Assembly: GCA_040905425.1 (NCBI GenBank)
Contig: JBBDRO010000029.1
Span: 1-48,135 of the forward strand
Direction of reading: 5' to 3'
DNA: 48,135 nucleotides
From: Gemmatimonadota bacterium
GTDB lineage: Bacteria; Gemmatimonadota; Gemmatimonadetes; Longimicrobiales; RSA9
The notes beneath the pieces are model-generated. The model worked only from the letters and a program-made list of their open reading frames with translations, was not told the origin of the DNA and made no database searches. Position numbers and translations under genes: made by a program. Shown here in pieces: positions 18,401 to 27,066 of this stretch (positions within the stretch are counted from its first letter, which is position 1; each line of letters begins with the position of its first letter).

Positions 18401-18454
18401 CAGCAGCGCCTTCGGGAGCTGGAGGCGGAGGTGGCGCGGCTGATCGGCGGCTGA
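15452..18454 (+). CDS. Secreted VPS10/BNR (Asp-box) beta-propeller protein, glycosyl hydrolase-like
   Basis: Signal peptide; RTIGPAVFGGRITD; repeated S/T-x-D-x-G-x-S/T-W Asp boxes; GGTQDN, DGMY, GTHG motifs; about 1000 aa. Confidence 0.85.
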   Translation: MPRSPMPRAVRLVLALGAVLLTSAPAAPAAPAAAQQAAPITEADLAAIHPRTIGPAVFGGRITDVDVDPRDRSTVYVASASGGLWKSTNRTQNWTNVFAEQPVATFGAVTLAPSNPDVIYAGTGEHNNRNSTSWGNGVYRSDDAGQTWRHLGLEGTRHVGEIVVHPTNPDVAYVAGLGNLWAPGPERGVFRTTDGGRSWDKVLYFDEYTGGVDLAMDPSNPDVIYAGMYARLRSSWGFNGGGPHGGIYKTTNGGESWDKLAGGLPTGNVGRIGVEVSESNPNVLVALVEAPNPRPAGGGGGGGGGNREPDGTGTWRSTDGGATWEKMSDQNQRPMYYSHIFVHPRDPDLVISAATTSQKSTDGGRTWTNIAAQATYDVGVHLDMHAVWWDPENTEHFYLAGDGGLYETFNGGQSYRKINNLPIGQFYAIGVDLRDPYYIYGGTQDNHSWMGPSETRRFDGILNDDWQQTGFSDGMYQQVDKAGPRNVYSSSYGGNYTRVDVIGGTKKSINPPSPEGSRNSFDWTSPSLASVHQEGLVYLGGNRLFISRDYGETWEWSQELHRGLDTSERELMGVPRSDFYISANDGIGGFGVITTLAESPLDVNVLWIGTDDGNLKYTRDQGQSWTEVSGNVPGLPDESYVSRVDASAHDLATAYATFDRHYDGDFAPYVYRTTDWGQTWMPLHGGLPEGSASVIVEHPDNPNVLFLGTEHAAWVSTNAGANWAEVRNIPTTSHDDMLVHPREKDLVMGTHGNSIFILDDTRFLAEWTAAAVAAPAHLFSIGDGTLFRYRKDQSYIAQAEFTGENPPDGVAITYRLGAGSGPAELAVSRADGRIIRRMVVPAAAGVHRVNWNLRHGDPQDPDTWERFEDPDYPRNPRQSGDFYVSPGTYTVTLNARGVESSQPVRVLADPLLELTDADYRATEDLLLRVRDLGDRLQEAAEAASDEAAEALQTLVREVRGLGRGLGDAGRFNDGNFGPPAPEAQQRLRELEAEVARLIGG

Positions 18455-18624
18455 GGTTGTTGCTGGTGTGACGCGGTACGGGGGTCGGGTTGCCCGTGCC
18501 GCGCGTGCCGCCGCGGGGTGCTGATGTATGCGACGACGCCGTTCACGTTCCTCGCACGGGGCTGATGTCCGTGTGATCGCTGGTCCACGGATCCTGGTCG
18601 CTTTTCCTTCCCACGGAGTGAGCC

Positions 18625-19872
18625 ATGCAAGCCCACCTCACACCTGCCGTTGTCACCCTAATGCTGGCCGCCTGCGGGGCGGCGGACTCCCCGACGGTGG
18701 CGGTCGAGGTGAGGGACAGCGCCGGCATCACCATCGTGGGAAACCGGGGCGCCGGCTGGGATTCGGCGGCTGCCTGGGAGGTCGCGGAGGAGCCGCTCCT
18801 GGTGCTCGGCGCCGAAGCGTCTACGCCCGCCCATGCCTTCACCTACGTGATGGCGGGCGCTCGCCTCTCCGATGGGCGGATCGTGGTGGCGGAGGGCACC
18901 ACCCAGGACGTCCGCTACTTCGCCGCCGATGGCAGCCACCTGCTCACCTCGGGGGGACAGGGGCAGGGCCCCGGCGAGTTCCGGAGCGTGGGGACGCTCG
19001 TTCGGCTTCCCGGAGATTCCCTGGCCGTCACGGACGTGTCCAGCGGAAAGGTGGTGATCTTCGGGCCCGACGGAGCCTTCGCCGAGGCGATCACGATGGA
19101 TCGCGGTGCCCTCTCCGTGCTGGACGGTGCCTACCTGTGCTACCAGGGGCGCTGGTTCCCCGACCGTTCGCGCACCGCGTGCGTCCGGGAGCCCGGGGGG
19201 CCAGAACAGATCCGTACCGCGTCGGGCATGACGCACCTCGGCCCCGGGCTCGTACGTACCTTCGAACGCTTCGTCTGGGTGGATGCCGGGCTCAGCCGCT
19301 CCGACACCCTGGGCATCTATGGCGGGATCGAGCAATTCGGCGCAGAGGTCGGGACCGAGTCGCCGTACTACATCGTACACCCCCTCTACGCCTGGACCTG
19401 GGTTGCGGCAGGAGCGGAACCGCCACGATTCTACTCGGCTGCCAACCCCTCCTACACCATCGACATGGCCGGCCCCGGGGGCGAGCGGCGGCTCATCCGC
19501 CGCCAGGGTGCAGTGAGACCGGTCACTCCCGAACTGCGGGAGGCGGCGTGGGAATACCTGGACGCCCGGGAAGGGGGGAGGGAGAATCAGCGCTGGAACC
19601 GCGCCCGCAGCCAGGTCATGGACCCGGACTCCATCCCGGCAGTGCAGGGTCTGGCGGTGGACACGGAGGGCAATCTCTGGGTGAAGCGCTCCCACGGCCT
19701 GGAGGAGGGCCCGGTAGTCCACGATGTCTTCGATCCGGAGGGACGGTTCTTCGGTGCCGTCCGCCTGCCGCACGGACTGAACGTGCTGGAGATCGGCGCG
19801 GACTACGTGCTCGGGATGCGGCTCGATGCCATGGACGTGCCGGTGATCGAGCTGTACGGGCTCACCCGCTGA
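18625..19872 (+). CDS. 6-bladed beta-propeller lipoprotein
   Basis: Lipobox LAAC; RDSAGITIV, GGQGQGPGEF, VDTEGNLWV, DVFDPEGRFFG; GGAG RBS. Confidence 0.8.
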   Translation: MQAHLTPAVVTLMLAACGAADSPTVAVEVRDSAGITIVGNRGAGWDSAAAWEVAEEPLLVLGAEASTPAHAFTYVMAGARLSDGRIVVAEGTTQDVRYFAADGSHLLTSGGQGQGPGEFRSVGTLVRLPGDSLAVTDVSSGKVVIFGPDGAFAEAITMDRGALSVLDGAYLCYQGRWFPDRSRTACVREPGGPEQIRTASGMTHLGPGLVRTFERFVWVDAGLSRSDTLGIYGGIEQFGAEVGTESPYYIVHPLYAWTWVAAGAEPPRFYSAANPSYTIDMAGPGGERRLIRRQGAVRPVTPELREAAWEYLDAREGGRENQRWNRARSQVMDPDSIPAVQGLAVDTEGNLWVKRSHGLEEGPVVHDVFDPEGRFFGAVRLPHGLNVLEIGADYVLGMRLDAMDVPVIELYGLTR

Positions 19873-19991
19873 GGCGGTCACGGCGTTCGCCCCTCCCCAC
19901 GTACCGGACCCGCGCGGCTCGGGGCGAGAGGGAGCCCCGGATGGTATCTGCTGGAACGCTCGAAAAAAAATCAAGGTTGGCGCGGCCTGCC

Positions 19992-20019
19992 GCCAAAATA
20001 TTCTATAGAATATTTTGGC
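19992..20019. promoter_or_regulatory. Perfect 28-bp AT-rich palindrome, probable protein-binding site
   Basis: GCCAAAATATTCTA|TAGAATATTTTGGC is its own reverse complement. The palindrome is certain; its function is not. Confidence 0.6.
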
Positions 20020-20024
20020 TCAAC

Positions 20025-20110
20025 CACGCGGCGGCCTGTGCGAAAGCCCCGAGCGTCGCGCATGACGACTTGCGCACCTCCGCTCGCGGACTCCCGCACC
20101 CCGCCGCGTG
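20025..20110. other. Long imperfect inverted repeat / structured element
   Basis: cacgcggcgg(20025-34)/ccgccgcgtg(20101-10) pair perfectly; further nested pairs gtgcg/cgcac, gagcg/cgctc, gcgca/tgcgc. Confidence 0.5.
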
Positions 20111-20145
20111 CGCGGGCGGTGGTTAGGCACAATCGCTCTCAACCA

Positions 20146-20174
20146 TTGACGCCACTCTCGAAAGCGCCTATCTG
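20146..20174 (+). promoter_or_regulatory. Sigma70-like promoter, likely leaderless transcript
   Basis: TTGACG(20146-51)-17-TATCTG(20169-74), ATG 5 nt later; the -10 lacks its final T. Confidence 0.4.
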
Positions 20175-20179
20175 CAGGG

Positions 20180-20551
20180 ATGCCCTATCAAATCTATAAA
20201 CTGATCCACCTCCTCGGCATCTTCGTGGTGGTGACCACGCTCGCGGTGGCGTCCATGCACCTGCTGCGCGGCGGGACCCGTGCCGATTTCCCGCGCCGCC
20301 GTGCGCTGGGGATAACGCACGGGGTGGCCTCCTTTCTGATCCTCCTGGGCGGCTTCGGGATGCTGGCGCGGCTGGGCATCGTGCACGGGGGCTTGCCCGG
20401 CTGGATCCTGCTCAAGCTGGGGATCTGGGTGCTCCTGTCCGGCGCGCTGACGCTGGCACTTCGGGCCACCGCCGGCGCGCGGGCGGTGCTGATCGGCACA
20501 CCGCTCCTGGCGCTCCTGGCGGCGGCCATCGCGATCTACAAGCCGCTGTAG
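20180..20551 (+). CDS. Small 4-TM membrane protein (SirB2-like), His in TM1 and TM2
   Basis: YKLIHLLG, ITHGVASFLILLGGFGML, GWILLKL, C-terminal YKP; four hydrophobic helices. Confidence 0.75.
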   Translation: MPYQIYKLIHLLGIFVVVTTLAVASMHLLRGGTRADFPRRRALGITHGVASFLILLGGFGMLARLGIVHGGLPGWILLKLGIWVLLSGALTLALRATAGARAVLIGTPLLALLAAAIAIYKPL

Positions 20552-20567
20552 CGGCAAGGCGTACGTC

Positions 20568-22778
20568 ATGACTCATCAAGTGAAGAACAGGGGATGGACC
20601 CTGCTGCCGCTGCTCGTGGCGCTGGCGGCAGCGGCGTGTGCGGGCGGTCCGCGACCGGCGCCTCAGACACCCGCGGTGGAGCTGCCGGAGCTGGCGCGGC
20701 AGGTCGAGATCCGGCGTACCGAGCATGGCGTGCCGCACATCATGGCGCCGACGCTGCGTGCGGCGGCGTTCGGGTTGGCCTACGTCCAGCTCGAGGACCA
20801 CGGCGCGGGCATCATCCGCGGCGTGCACGCGGCGCGCGGCCGGCTGGCGGAAGTGGAGGGGCGGGATCGGATCGACGCGGATGCGCGTGCGCGACTGCGT
20901 CACGCGCGGGCGGCGGCCACCTTCGATAGCCTCGCCGCGGACACGCGCGAGGTCTATATCGGGTTCGCTGCGGGGATGAACCACTTCATCCGGATGTATC
21001 CCGACGAGGTGCCGGAGTGGGTGCGACCGGACTTCACCGCGCAGGACGTGCTGGCGCGTGACATCGGTGCGCCGAGCGAGGCCGCGATGAACCGCTTCCG
21101 CCAGCGCCTGCTGCGCGATTCGACCGACGCCATGCTCCTGGAGCCGCCGGCGGGCGGAGGCTGGCGGGAGTCGGACGCGGCCGAGAACGTCGGCTCGAAC
21201 GCGTGGGCGCTCGGACCGGGTCGCACCACGAGCGGCAACGCCATCCTGCTGCGCAATCCGCACCTGTCCTGGACGGCCGGCTACTACGAGGCGCACGTGC
21301 GGGTGCCCGGGAAGCTCGACTTCTACGGTGATTTCCGGATCGGCGGCCCCTTCACGGTGATCGGCGGCTTCAACCCGCACCTCGGCTTCGCGACCACGAA
21401 CAACGCCACGCACAACCACGAGTTCTACGCCCTGCGCGTGGACCCGTCGCAGCCCGGCAACGTGCTGTTCGACGGTGGCAGCGTGCCGCTCACGCGCGAT
21501 GTGGTGCGCATCGAGTACCGGGACGAGGATGACGCCGGCAGCGAGACGCGCGAATTCTGGAGCAGCGTCATCGGCCCCGTCGTGCACCGTACGGACAGTC
21601 TGGTCTACGTGCTGCGCCAGGCGAACGATGGCGGCTACCGTGCGGGTGAGCAGTGGCTGGAGATGATGAAGGCGCGGGACCTGGAGGAGTGGCAGCAGGC
21701 CATGCGCATCCAGGCGCGCACGACGTCCAACTTCACCTACGCGGACCGTGCGGGAAACATCTTCTACGTCTGGGTGGCCGGCGCGCCGATGCTGCCGCAC
21801 CCGCCGGGTGGCGACACGCTCGCCATCCTGGCGCGCGGGTGGGACGACGTATGGACCCGACAGGTGCCATTCGACTCCCTGCCACAACTGCTGAATCCGG
21901 AGGGCGGCTATCTTCACAACTCGAACGACTCGCCGCACTACGCCAACCTGAACCACATCCTGGCCGACACGTTCCCCTTCCACGTGGAGCCGCCCCGCCT
22001 GCGCCTGCGCAGCCAGCACTCGCTCGAGCTGCTGCACAACGATCGCGTGTTCAGTCTGGAAGGTGTGGTCCGCACCAAGCACAGCATGCGGATGCTGCTG
22101 GCCGACCGCGTCAAGGATGACCTCGTCAGTGCGGTCCGCGCCGCGGGTGTGAGCAGCGAGCGCACGGATGACGCGGCCCAGGCGCTGCAGATGCTGGTAC
22201 GCTGGGACAACACCGCTGCCTCCCACAGCCGCGGCGCGGTGCTATTCGAGGCCTGGTGGAACCGCTACCGCTCGCTGCTGGACGGCGCGGAGCCGTACGC
22301 CGTCGCGTGGTCGCGCGAGGCACCCGTCACCACGCCGCGCGGGTTGGCGGAGCCGGCGCGGGCCGCCGAAGCGTTCACATGGGCGGTGCAGGAGACGGCG
22401 CGACGATACGGCGCCTGGGACGTTGTCTGGGGTGACGTGCACCGGGTGCGACGCGGTGACGTGGACGTACCGGTCAGCGGCTGTGGTGGCGCGCTCGGCT
22501 GCTTCCGGGTGCTCAATTTCGAGACGGCCGAAGACGGCAGGCGGGTCGTGGACGGCGGCGACGGCTGGGTCATCGCAGTCGAGTTCGGCAACGAGCCGCG
22601 CGCTTACTCGGTGCTGGCGTACGGTCAGAGTCCGGACCCCGATTCGCGCTGGCACGATGACCAGGCCGCCATGTTCGCGGCCAACCGGATGAAGCGTGTG
22701 CGCTGGACGGAGGCGGACATCGCAGCGGGAACCGTGCTCCAGTACCACCCCGGCCAGGAGCGGCGGGACGACCGCTGA
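20568..22778 (+). CDS. Penicillin acylase family Ntn-hydrolase (AHL/cephalosporin acylase-like), lipoprotein
   Basis: Lipobox AAAAC; IRRTEHGVPHI, beta-chain start GSNAWA, LLRNPHL, NFTYAD, HNSND, YGQS. Confidence 0.9.
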   Translation: MTHQVKNRGWTLLPLLVALAAAACAGGPRPAPQTPAVELPELARQVEIRRTEHGVPHIMAPTLRAAAFGLAYVQLEDHGAGIIRGVHAARGRLAEVEGRDRIDADARARLRHARAAATFDSLAADTREVYIGFAAGMNHFIRMYPDEVPEWVRPDFTAQDVLARDIGAPSEAAMNRFRQRLLRDSTDAMLLEPPAGGGWRESDAAENVGSNAWALGPGRTTSGNAILLRNPHLSWTAGYYEAHVRVPGKLDFYGDFRIGGPFTVIGGFNPHLGFATTNNATHNHEFYALRVDPSQPGNVLFDGGSVPLTRDVVRIEYRDEDDAGSETREFWSSVIGPVVHRTDSLVYVLRQANDGGYRAGEQWLEMMKARDLEEWQQAMRIQARTTSNFTYADRAGNIFYVWVAGAPMLPHPPGGDTLAILARGWDDVWTRQVPFDSLPQLLNPEGGYLHNSNDSPHYANLNHILADTFPFHVEPPRLRLRSQHSLELLHNDRVFSLEGVVRTKHSMRMLLADRVKDDLVSAVRAAGVSSERTDDAAQALQMLVRWDNTAASHSRGAVLFEAWWNRYRSLLDGAEPYAVAWSREAPVTTPRGLAEPARAAEAFTWAVQETARRYGAWDVVWGDVHRVRRGDVDVPVSGCGGALGCFRVLNFETAEDGRRVVDGGDGWVIAVEFGNEPRAYSVLAYGQSPDPDSRWHDDQAAMFAANRMKRVRWTEADIAAGTVLQYHPGQERRDDR

Positions 22779-22924
22779 TTCAGCCGCACCCCCTCTGCGT
22801 CAGACCGTCGGCGTCACTCCAGCGTCAGCCTGGCCCATCCCCAGCCGTGCAGGCCCTCACCGCATCACTGTGCTAGGCGCCTCCGGGGAGTTGACGATGT
22901 CTCCTCGGTGAAGTGCAGCACGGC

Positions 22925-22952
22925 TAAACCTTTCCGGATGTGACGGCAACTC
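22925..22952 (+). promoter_or_regulatory. Candidate ECF-type autoregulated promoter
   Basis: TAAACC(22925-30)-16-CAACTC(22947-52), 9 nt before the sigma ATG; no SD visible. Confidence 0.35.
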
Positions 22953-22961
22953 ACTCACGAA

Positions 22962-23516
22962 ATGACACTGGCTCACGACGACGCCGAGGCGCAACGCGCA
23001 ACCGCACGCCTGATCGATCGCGCCCGTGGAGGTGACACGGCGGCGTTCCGCGGCCTGTACGACGCTCACCTCCGGCGCGTGCACGCGCTGTCGCTGCGCC
23101 TGATGACGGACGGTGCGGAGGCGGAGGAGCTTACCCAGGACGTTTTCGTGGCCGCGTGGCGGCAGCTACACGGATTCCGTGGCGCCGCGCGCTTCTCGAC
23201 CTGGCTGCATGCCATCACCATCCGGCTATCGCGCCAGCGCCTGCGCGGGATGCTCCGCCGCCGGGCACGTGAGGAGAAGTACATGCTGAGTTACCAGGCG
23301 GCCGTGAGCGCCGCGATGCCGGCGGCCGACATGCAGATCGAGCGTGCGCTCGCGGAGCTGCCACGGCGCATGCGGACGGCGCTCGTGCTGCACGCCATCG
23401 AAGGATACACGCAGGCGGAGACGGCGGAGATGATGGGAATCGCGGTAGGCACCGTGAAGGCGCACGTGCATCGGGCGCGCACGCTACTGCAGGAAAGGAT
23501 GGATCGAGATGGATGA
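22962..23516 (+). CDS. ECF sigma-70 factor
   Basis: ARGGDTAAFRGLY, AEELTQDVFVAAW, FSTWLHAI, LPRRMR..LHAIEGY..E.AEMMGIAVGTVKAHVHRAR. Confidence 0.93.
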   Translation: MTLAHDDAEAQRATARLIDRARGGDTAAFRGLYDAHLRRVHALSLRLMTDGAEAEELTQDVFVAAWRQLHGFRGAARFSTWLHAITIRLSRQRLRGMLRRRAREEKYMLSYQAAVSAAMPAADMQIERALAELPRRMRTALVLHAIEGYTQAETAEMMGIAVGTVKAHVHRARTLLQERMDRDG

Positions 23517-23997
23517 GCTTTCGAACAGGCTGCGGGCGGCGCGGCGGGAGGCCGTGCCCGGCAGGGATCTGTGGCCGGATGTGGCCAGGCGGATTGACCG
23601 GGCGGGTGGCATGCGCTGGCAGCGGGCGGCAACCGCGGTGCTCCTGTTCGGTGCGGGTGCGCTGGCCGGTACCCTCCTGGAGCGGACCGGTGGGGGTCGG
23701 GAAAGCGCGCCGGCGGATGCCGTTTCCGCATCGCCGCTACATACCGCCGCGGCCGTGCAGAAGGCGGGATCGGATTATCTGGCGGCGCTCGCCCGCCTGC
23801 GTGACGTAGCCGCCACCAACGAGGCGTTCCGCATGCAGGGGTACGAAGCCGCGTTGAACGTTGTGGCCGTCACCGCGCAGGAAGTCACGGCCGTTCTGGA
23901 AATGAACGTGTACGAGGCGCTGGTCGGCCCCGCGCACACCGCGCGCGCCGCGGCGTCCAGGCGTGTCATGCTACTCACAGGCGGGGGGGACGAATGA
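23509..23997 (+). CDS. Putative single-TM anti-sigma factor
   Basis: Overlaps the sigma stop; PGRDLWPDVARRI cytoplasmic segment followed by one TM. Confidence 0.65.
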   Translation: MDELSNRLRAARREAVPGRDLWPDVARRIDRAGGMRWQRAATAVLLFGAGALAGTLLERTGGGRESAPADAVSASPLHTAAAVQKAGSDYLAALARLRDVAATNEAFRMQGYEAALNVVAVTAQEVTAVLEMNVYEALVGPAHTARAAASRRVMLLTGGGDE

Positions 23998-24422
23998 GCA
24001 GGAGCGTGCTGTACTCGATCGTGCTGGGCTGCCTTGCCGCGGCGCCGCCCCTTGCCGCACAGCAGTGCCCGGCTGGACGACCACCGGCCGGCGATTTCGG
24101 GATTCGCGCCGTGCGCTGTACGGGGCCCGCGGCGAGTTGCGCCATCAATGTGCCGATCGGCAGCAACGACGGCGTGCGCCACGAGTTCGCGGTGGAGCCG
24201 GTCATCACGGCCGTGGCTGAAGAAACGGACCTGCGTGTCGGGGATGCGCTGGTGGCGGTCGATGGCCTCCTGATCACGACGGCGGCCGGAGGCGAGCGGC
24301 TGGCCGGTCCGCGTGTGGGCGCTGCAGTCCTCCTGCTGGTTCGCCGCGAGGGAGCGTTGCTCGAAATCCGGATGACCGCCGTGCGGGGCTGCGGCATCGG
24401 ATCGCTGCGGGTGTCGCGTTGA
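23994..24422 (+). CDS. Small secreted PDZ-domain protein
   Basis: Signal peptide (LAA-QQ); VITAVA..LRVGDALVAVDG and LLVRREG PDZ-like segments; four Cys in the mature part; ATGA overlap. Confidence 0.7.
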   Translation: MSRSVLYSIVLGCLAAAPPLAAQQCPAGRPPAGDFGIRAVRCTGPAASCAINVPIGSNDGVRHEFAVEPVITAVAEETDLRVGDALVAVDGLLITTAAGGERLAGPRVGAAVLLLVRREGALLEIRMTAVRGCGIGSLRVSR

Positions 24423-25582
24423 GGATTGCCCTGCTGCTCGTGCTGATGGCCATCCCGGTAGCGCCGGCGGTCGCGCAGTCGGTCGTGCCGGTCACACTGC
24501 CGAGGCCCTGGGGTGAGCACGCGGTGGGTGTGGCCGCCCACCTCCTCGTCGATTCCGCTCGGGTGGATCCGCACGCTGCGGGCCAGGCAAGGCGCCTGCT
24601 GGTCCGAATCTGGTACCCGGCGGACTCCGTGAGCGGTGGTGTGCGGCCGTACATGCCGGCCGCGGTCGCTGACGCATGGCGGAGCACCATGCCGGCTGCG
24701 GACGGCTTCCAGGACGCCATCACCACGAACGCTATCGCGGACGCGCCTGTGTCGAGCGCACGCGGGAAGTGGCCCGTGCTGCTGTTCTCGCATGGACGCT
24801 CCTTTCCCGTCGAGAATTACCAGATCGCGCTCGAGCAGCTGGCGAGTCAGGCGTGGGTCATCGCCGCGCTCAGTCATCCCTACGAGGAGGCACTGACCCT
24901 CCTGCCGGACGGTACCACGCTGCCATTTCGTGGCCCTTCCTGGGAGAACGAAGGTGAGCGAGGCGCGGTGCTGATGGGGGTCGTCGATGAGATGGTGCAC
25001 GATGCAATGCTCGTGATCGATCGGCTGGAGACGATGGCGGCCGAGGCCTCGTCACCCTTTTTCGACCGGCTGGATCTGGCACCCGGTGTGGGGTATTTCG
25101 GCCACTCGCTCGGCGGCGCGGCAGCCGCGTGGACGCTGCAGCGAGACCGCCGCGTCGCGGCGGCCGCCAGCTGGGAGGGTCAGGTCTACCGGGAGGAGGA
25201 CCGTCCGCTACGCGTGCGTGCGCCGCTGCTATATGTCGTGGGCGGTACGAACCGGACCGAGTTGGTGGGAACGCAGTTCCGGCCGGATGCGCGCGGTGGA
25301 CCCGTCTACGAACTGGTCATGCACGGTGCCTGGCATGCGTCGTTCGGTGACATGCTCCACGTCTACCGCCACTATGCCGACGAAGCCTGGCACGAGCGGC
25401 ACCGGCGCGAGCTGCACCCGCTGCGCACGAACCAGATCACGACCGAGTACCTGCACGAGTTCTTCGGTCACTACCTGCTCGGCAGGGAGCTCGATCTGCT
25501 GTGGCCGGATTCCATCGAAGAGCTCGGCTCCTACCGGACGTGGAACTACCCGGAAGTCGAATTGCGGGTCTACGGCGGATGA
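24419..25582 (+). CDS. Secreted alpha/beta hydrolase (PAF-acetylhydrolase-like)
   Basis: Signal peptide; VRIWYPA, PVLLFSHG, GHSLGG nucleophile elbow, GAWHASFGD; TTGA overlap. Confidence 0.85.
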   Translation: MRIALLLVLMAIPVAPAVAQSVVPVTLPRPWGEHAVGVAAHLLVDSARVDPHAAGQARRLLVRIWYPADSVSGGVRPYMPAAVADAWRSTMPAADGFQDAITTNAIADAPVSSARGKWPVLLFSHGRSFPVENYQIALEQLASQAWVIAALSHPYEEALTLLPDGTTLPFRGPSWENEGERGAVLMGVVDEMVHDAMLVIDRLETMAAEASSPFFDRLDLAPGVGYFGHSLGGAAAAWTLQRDRRVAAAASWEGQVYREEDRPLRVRAPLLYVVGGTNRTELVGTQFRPDARGGPVYELVMHGAWHASFGDMLHVYRHYADEAWHERHRRELHPLRTNQITTEYLHEFFGHYLLGRELDLLWPDSIEELGSYRTWNYPEVELRVYGG

Positions 25583-25593
25583 GTGGGTTCGCC

Positions 25594-25649
25594 GGTCGAT
25601 GAGGTGCGGCACGTGCAGCCGCGGCTCGGCGGCGAGCCGCTCATGGACC
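25594..25649. terminator. Branched hairpin between convergent genes
   Basis: gcggctcg-gcgg-cgagccgc (25621-40) nested within ggtcgatgag/ctcatggacc (1 mismatch). Confidence 0.45.
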
Positions 25650-25708
25650 CGGTCGGCGAGCCGCGACCATGTGCACTGCATGTCAAGCAACGGCTCGCCA
25701 CGTGAGGC

Positions 25709-26944
25709 CTACTCCTCCCCGCTCCGCCGCAGGATCAGCTTGTGCGCCTTCAGCCGCAGCCCGTTCACCCGGATGAAGCCGCGGGCGTCCTCCTGGTCGT
25801 AGCCGCCGGCCACGTCCATGGAGGAGAGCTCCTGGTCGTAGAGTGAGCTGGTGGACGTCCGGCCCCGGCTGATGACGTTGCCCTTGAAGAGACGCAGGTC
25901 CACCCGGCCGGTGATGAGCTTTTCGGACTGGCTGAAGGCGGCCTGGATGAAGTCCATCTCCGGGCTGAACCAGAAGCCGTTGTAGATGAGCTCGGCAAAG
26001 TGCGGGGAGAGCATGTCGCGGAGCCGCAGCACCTCCCGGTCCATGGCAATGCCCTCCAGGTCCCGGACGGCCTGGTGCAGCACCGTCCCGGCCGGCGTTT
26101 CGTAGACGCCTCGTGACTTGATCCCCACGAAGCGGTTCTCCACCATGTCCACGCGGCCCACGCCGTGCTCCCCCGCCTTGCTGTTCAGGTAGACGAACAG
26201 CTCCACCGGGTCGGTCAGGTCAACGTCCTCCGCCGCGCACTCCACCCGCACCGGCATGGCGTCTTCGTAGTGGATGGAGAGATCGACGGGCCGGTCGGGA
26301 GTGTCCTCCAGGCTCCGCGTCAGCCGGAACATGTCCTCGGAGGGCACGGCGGCCGGGTCCTCGAGCTGCCCCGCCTCGTAGGAGCGGTGCATGAGGTTCT
26401 CGTCGCTGGAGTAGGGCTTTTCGGCGGTGGCTTCCACGGGAATGGCGTGCTCCCGGGCGAAGGCCAGGAGGTCCTTCCGCCCCTGGAAGCGGTCCAGGAA
26501 GGCCCGCTCCTTCCACGGCGCAATGACCTCGAGGCGGGGGGCCAGCGCCGCGAACGCCAGTTCGAAGCGGACCTGGTCGTTGCCTTTGCCCGTGGCGCCG
26601 TGCGCCACCGCCGTGGCGCCCTCCCGCAGCGCGATCTCCACCTGGCGCCGGGCAATGACCGGCCGCGCCAGCGCCGTGCCCAGCAGGTAGCGATTCTCGT
26701 ACACGGCGTTGCCCGCGATGGCCGGGTAGATGAACTCCGTGACGAACTCCCGCTTCAGGTCCTCCACGAAGACCTGGCTGGCGCCCGTGGCCCGTGCTCG
26801 CTCCGCCACCTCCTGGAAGTCATCGTGCTGACCCACGTTGGCCACGTAGGCCACCACGTCGTAGCCCCGCATCTGCAGGTCCTTCAGGATGCAGGCGGTG
26901 TCCAGACCGCCGCTGTAGGCCAGTACCACCTTCTTGTCCGCCAC
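25709..26944 (-). CDS. argG: Argininosuccinate synthase
   Basis: [60 protein letters not shown] 26944 with GGAG upstream. Confidence 0.97.
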   Translation of the reverse strand: MADKKVVLAYSGGLDTACILKDLQMRGYDVVAYVANVGQHDDFQEVAERARATGASQVFVEDLKREFVTEFIYPAIAGNAVYENRYLLGTALARPVIARRQVEIALREGATAVAHGATGKGNDQVRFELAFAALAPRLEVIAPWKERAFLDRFQGRKDLLAFAREHAIPVEATAEKPYSSDENLMHRSYEAGQLEDPAAVPSEDMFRLTRSLEDTPDRPVDLSIHYEDAMPVRVECAAEDVDLTDPVELFVYLNSKAGEHGVGRVDMVENRFVGIKSRGVYETPAGTVLHQAVRDLEGIAMDREVLRLRDMLSPHFAELIYNGFWFSPEMDFIQAAFSQSEKLITGRVDLRLFKGNVISRGRTSTSSLYDQELSSMDVAGGYDQEDARGFIRVNGLRLKAHKLILRRSGEE

Positions 26945-27066
26945 GGAATGCTCCGGCTGAGATGAAACGAATCCGACCCCGCCGCGCACCCTGGGTGCCG
27001 CCGCGGGGCCGTTTCGCATCGAGCGCGTCAGGAGCGCGAGCGCGCGGTGCGATTCGTTGCGGAGCG

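Noticed and set aside
19949..19966. Third copy of the 264-298 repeat (gctggaacgctcgaaa)
   Set aside because: Short gapped match lacking the left palindrome arm; compatible with chance.
19992..20019. Chromosomal dif site
   Set aside because: Correct length, but no match to the conserved XerD arm TTATGTTAAAT, and dif is not a perfect palindrome.
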